From an uncultured Gemmatimonadales bacterium (lineage in GTDB: Bacteria; Gemmatimonadota; Gemmatimonadetes; Longimicrobiales; Longimicrobiaceae), in contig OY970303.1 in the NCBI GenBank assembly GCA_963716255.1, positions 2,272,001 to 2,336,000 on the forward strand: a stretch of DNA of 64,000 nucleotides, given 5' to 3'. Both the position numbers and the translations under genes were made by a program. Of the stretch, positions 61,801 through 64,000 are shown piece after piece. The notes under the pieces were generated by a model that did not search any database, was not told the origin of the DNA, and saw nothing but the letters and a program-made list of their open reading frames with translations. How positions within the stretch are numbered: position 1 is the stretch's first letter; each line of letters opens with the position of its first letter.

Positions 61801-63945
61801 CCGGTGCGGCACCATCACTCCCTTGGGCTCCCCCGTCGAGCCGGAGGTGTACATCACGTACGCCAACGCCTCCCCGCCCAGCCCACCCGCCGCGTCCAGC
61901 TCACCCGCCACGCCCGCCGCCCCGGCTCCGGAAAGCGTGTCCACGTCCACCCGATCCACACCCGGAAGCGGCGCAAGCGGCTCGCCCGAACGGCTCAGCA
62001 GGAGGCGCGCGCCGCTGTCGGCGATCATGAAGGCCGTGCGCTCGGCCGGGTACGACGCGTCCAGCGGGACGTACGCCGCACCCGCCCTGAGCACCGCCAG
62101 CTCGGCCACCACCAGCTCGACCGAGCGCGGGAGCAGGAGGGCCACCCGGCTCCCGGCGCGCACCCCGCGCTGCCTGAGGTGCTGCGCCAGCCCGTGGGCC
62201 CACGCGTCCAGCTCGGCGTACGTCAGCGTCCGCTCCCCCTGCACCACCGCAACGGCGCCGGGCGTGCGCCCGGCCTGCGCCGCGAACAGCTCGTGCACGC
62301 CCACCTCGCCCGGGTACGCCGACGCCGTCCGGTTCCACGCCTCCAGCAGCTGCCGGCGCTCCTCCTCCGCCAGCACCTCCAGCTGGTCCATGGGACGCTC
62401 CGGCGCCGCTTCCAGCGCCTCCACCATGCTCTCCAGCGCCCGGTGCATCATCGCGCACACGCGCTCCGGACCCACGGACGCCGGCACCTGTGCCGTCAGC
62501 CCGAACCCCTCGCCCCAGTCGTCCACCGACAGCGCCACCGGGTAGTTCGTCCGCTCTTCTCCGTGGATCTCCCGCACACCCGCCCGCGACCCGTTCCCCT
62601 CCGCGGAGCGGCTGGCCCCGGCCGCACTTCCGCCGTGGCGGTAGTTCAACAGCGAGGTGAAAAGCGGGGTCGGTGCCTGTACGCCGCTGCTCCGCTGCGC
62701 CAACGCCAGCGAGGCGTGCTCGTGCCGCAACAGCTCTACCAGCTGCCGGTGCGTCCTCCGAACGCCTGTCTCCGCGCCCTCCGAGGCTACCCGCACCCGG
62801 ACCGGCAGCGTGTTGACGAAGGGTCCCAGCACCCGGCCGGCGCCCGCTCCGCCCTGCATCCGGCCGAAGAGCACCGTTCCGAACACCACGTCGCGGCGGC
62901 CCGACACCCGCGCCAGCACCAGCGCCCAGGCAACGTGGCAGACGCTCGCCGCGCTCACCCCCAGCTTCCGTGCGCGCGCCCGCAGCCGCGCCGCCAGTCC
63001 CCCGTCCACCGGGACCCGCGCTTCCGCGATGCCGGACCCGTCGCCCCAGGCGTCCAGCAGACCGTACGGCGCCGTCGGCTCGTCCACGTCCCCCAGCAGC
63101 TCGCGGAAGTACGACTCGTGCTCCGCCCGGTTCACCCCAAGGCGCGCCTGCGCCACGTAGCTGCGAAACGGCAGCGGAGCCGGGAGCTCGTGCGACCGCC
63201 CCAGCAGGTGCGCCCGGACCTCATCCTTCAGCACCTCGAACGTTACGTGGTCGCCGATGAGGTGATGATGTTGCCGCAGCAGCACCCAGCGGTCCCGTGC
63301 CGCATCCCGCGCGGCGTAGAGGCGCATCAGCGGCGCCCGACGCACGTCCAGCCGGTTCCGGCGGGGGCCGAACCGCCGGTGCAGCTGCCTCGCCACGTCG
63401 CCCCCGGCCGGGTCCGGCTCCACCTCCTCCACTTCCAGCCGGACCTCCCGCCACACCACCTGCATCGGTTCGGACAATCCCTCCCACATCACCGAAGTGC
63501 GCAGCACGTCGTGCCGGGCGACCACCGCCTGCAGCGCAGCCACGTACGCGTCCAGGCGCTCGCGGCTGTCGAAGGCGGACAGGCTCGACAGCAGGTAAGG
63601 ATCCCCCTCCGGAGTCATCAGGTGGTGGAACAGGATCCCTTCCTGGAGCGGCGCCAGCGGGTAGACGTCCTGCACGTTCCCCGCTCCACCAGCCACTGCC
63701 GCCGCGATCCCGGACATCTCCGCCTCGCTCAGCTCCAGCAGGGGCACGTGACGGTCCGCGGACGAGGCGGGGAGATGTCCTCCGGACCGGACCACCTCCA
63801 GGAGAGCCTGCTTGTTCTCCCGCAGCAGGGCGATCAGCGCTGGATCCAGAGCCCGGCTCTTCGTACGGACGACCAGCTCGTCGGCATCCACCGCAAGCTC
63901 CACCTTCTCTTCGGCGAGCCGGACCAGAAGCTCACGGACGGTCAT
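58870..63945 (-). CDS. Termination NRPS: TubC-type docking domain-C(dual E/C)-A(aliphatic)-T-TE-TE
   Basis: N-terminus MTVRELLVRLAEEKVELAVDADELVVR...LLRENKQALL. HHLMTPEGD and HHLIGD motifs. Code DALLLGCTFK. Two thioesterases (GWSFGG...GTH, GHSFGG...GNH). Confidence 0.95.
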   Translation of the reverse strand: MTVRELLVRLAEEKVELAVDADELVVRTKSRALDPALIALLRENKQALLEVVRSGGHLPASSADRHVPLLELSEAEMSGIAAAVAGGAGNVQDVYPLAPLQEGILFHHLMTPEGDPYLLSSLSAFDSRERLDAYVAALQAVVARHDVLRTSVMWEGLSEPMQVVWREVRLEVEEVEPDPAGGDVARQLHRRFGPRRNRLDVRRAPLMRLYAARDAARDRWVLLRQHHHLIGDHVTFEVLKDEVRAHLLGRSHELPAPLPFRSYVAQARLGVNRAEHESYFRELLGDVDEPTAPYGLLDAWGDGSGIAEARVPVDGGLAARLRARARKLGVSAASVCHVAWALVLARVSGRRDVVFGTVLFGRMQGGAGAGRVLGPFVNTLPVRVRVASEGAETGVRRTHRQLVELLRHEHASLALAQRSSGVQAPTPLFTSLLNYRHGGSAAGASRSAEGNGSRAGVREIHGEERTNYPVALSVDDWGEGFGLTAQVPASVGPERVCAMMHRALESMVEALEAAPERPMDQLEVLAEEERRQLLEAWNRTASAYPGEVGVHELFAAQAGRTPGAVAVVQGERTLTYAELDAWAHGLAQHLRQRGVRAGSRVALLLPRSVELVVAELAVLRAGAAYVPLDASYPAERTAFMIADSGARLLLSRSGEPLAPLPGVDRVDVDTLSGAGAAGVAGELDAAGGLGGEALAYVMYTSGSTGEPKGVMVPHRAITQLVLSNGYADLDAEDRVALASNPAFDASTLEVWGPLLRGGRIVVVGQEVLLDAPEYGRLLEEAGVTALLITPVLFNHYAQVIPGALSGLRYVLTGGDRAAPAAYARVLGEGGRVRIYNCYGPTETTTFSLAHGVEVGEAMEGGRGIPIGRPKGNTRAYVLDGSGAPVPVGVVGELYVGGAGVALGYWGRAGLTAEKFVPDGLGGAAGGRLYRTGDLVRWRGEGEVEFVGRNDFQVKVRGFRIELSEIEARLGEHGGVEEAVVVAREEGAGEKRLVAYYVGDAGVEALRGHLGDRVAEYMVPGAYVRLAALPRTPNGKVDRRGLPAPEGDAYARRGYEAPVGETEGVLAQIWAEVLGVERVGRHDHFFELGGHSLLAVKLVSRIRQRLGGDVALADLFSHPTVESLATLMRGDGGRVRDDRAIPVRPTGSKSPLFLVHEGAGSVAYAWVLQPHIDAEIPVFALPATAASGPRLRTVEGMATRLVRMLREVQPVGPYRLAGWSFGGVLAYEMASQLIGQDQAVEFVGMMDTYHPAVARSRAEDPGRDYALLLGVLRMAEAPGGSTGPRIGEQAAAPGTDMETFVRRCREKGLLPDHVTAAQAQEMQDRVSANRRALREYFPHPLPLPVHLFPAQESTDPDLQRGWQALAGDAPTRLSPVPGTHLSMMEARNVRSLGEALSREVGLAAEHREALPEEAYSPLVTLRFGKAGGVPLFCVPGAGASVASFAELGGYLDPARPIHAFQPRGLDGDMVPHSTVAAAAEHYLRALHDAQPTGPVHLLGHSFGGWVAFEMALRLRGAGRTVGSLTILDSEVPDEEGGHIAEYDGGEAFLKLVEVFELTAERPLEIGAEEIAVLDEAGRLELLHGRLVRLGLLPRRSAPEVLRGPFRTFSSCLRATYWPDEIYPASLRLVLLRDSRYDSGANQSHSVKAVQGWKRWAPALSFLVGAGNHMTALNSPNVRDLASHFTTDVVPGP
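60656..62383. repeat. Repeat family 2, copy c (A-T of the termination module)
   Basis: Near-identical to 52592-54319 (offset 8064). Confidence 0.92.
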
Positions 63946-64000
63946 AGACGGAACTCCAGGATCTGCTCGGTCACCGAGGCCAACCCCGCCACCGTCGGCG
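63942..64000 (-). CDS. 3' end of an upstream NRPS/carrier-domain gene (partial)
   Basis: Reads PTVAGLASVTEQILEFRL* (PCP last helix plus short tail). Its TGA overlaps the next ATG (ATGA, 63942-63945). Confidence 0.75.
   Translation of the reverse strand, partial: PTVAGLASVTEQILEFRL

Overview
High-GC bacterial DNA. Gene style (duplicated orphan ABC permease, Ig-like and carboxypeptidase-regulatory-domain lipoproteins) suggests Gemmatimonadota/Longimicrobium-like; this is inference only. Nearly all real genes are on the minus strand, and there are two parts. (1) 1-11.2 kb is a mosaic accessory region that looks like a decayed integron: three attC-like sites, one gene flanked by attC sites on both sides, and a frameshifted 5' fragment of an integron integrase pointing away from the cassettes. 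It also holds RibD-C, VOC, four secreted lipoproteins (three hydrolases, one Kelch), a TonB-dependent receptor and gene fragments. (2) 11.4-64 kb is part of a large NRPS cluster that runs off the right edge, with 12 modules visible in four genes. One megasynthetase starts with a KS-less AT-ACP loading unit. The line includes an N-methyltransferase Gly module, five dual E/C-type domains and several unusual A-domain pockets. Two A-domain blocks are each present as three near-identical copies. The only TE-containing protein (TubC-type docking domain, tandem TE-TE) lies upstream of the apparent initiation gene, separated from it by an intact IS630 element. Downstream are an ABC permease, a PLP aminotransferase, a carbamoyltransferase and an Fe/2OG dioxygenase. 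Substrate calls are manual Stachelhaus-code readings, not computed.
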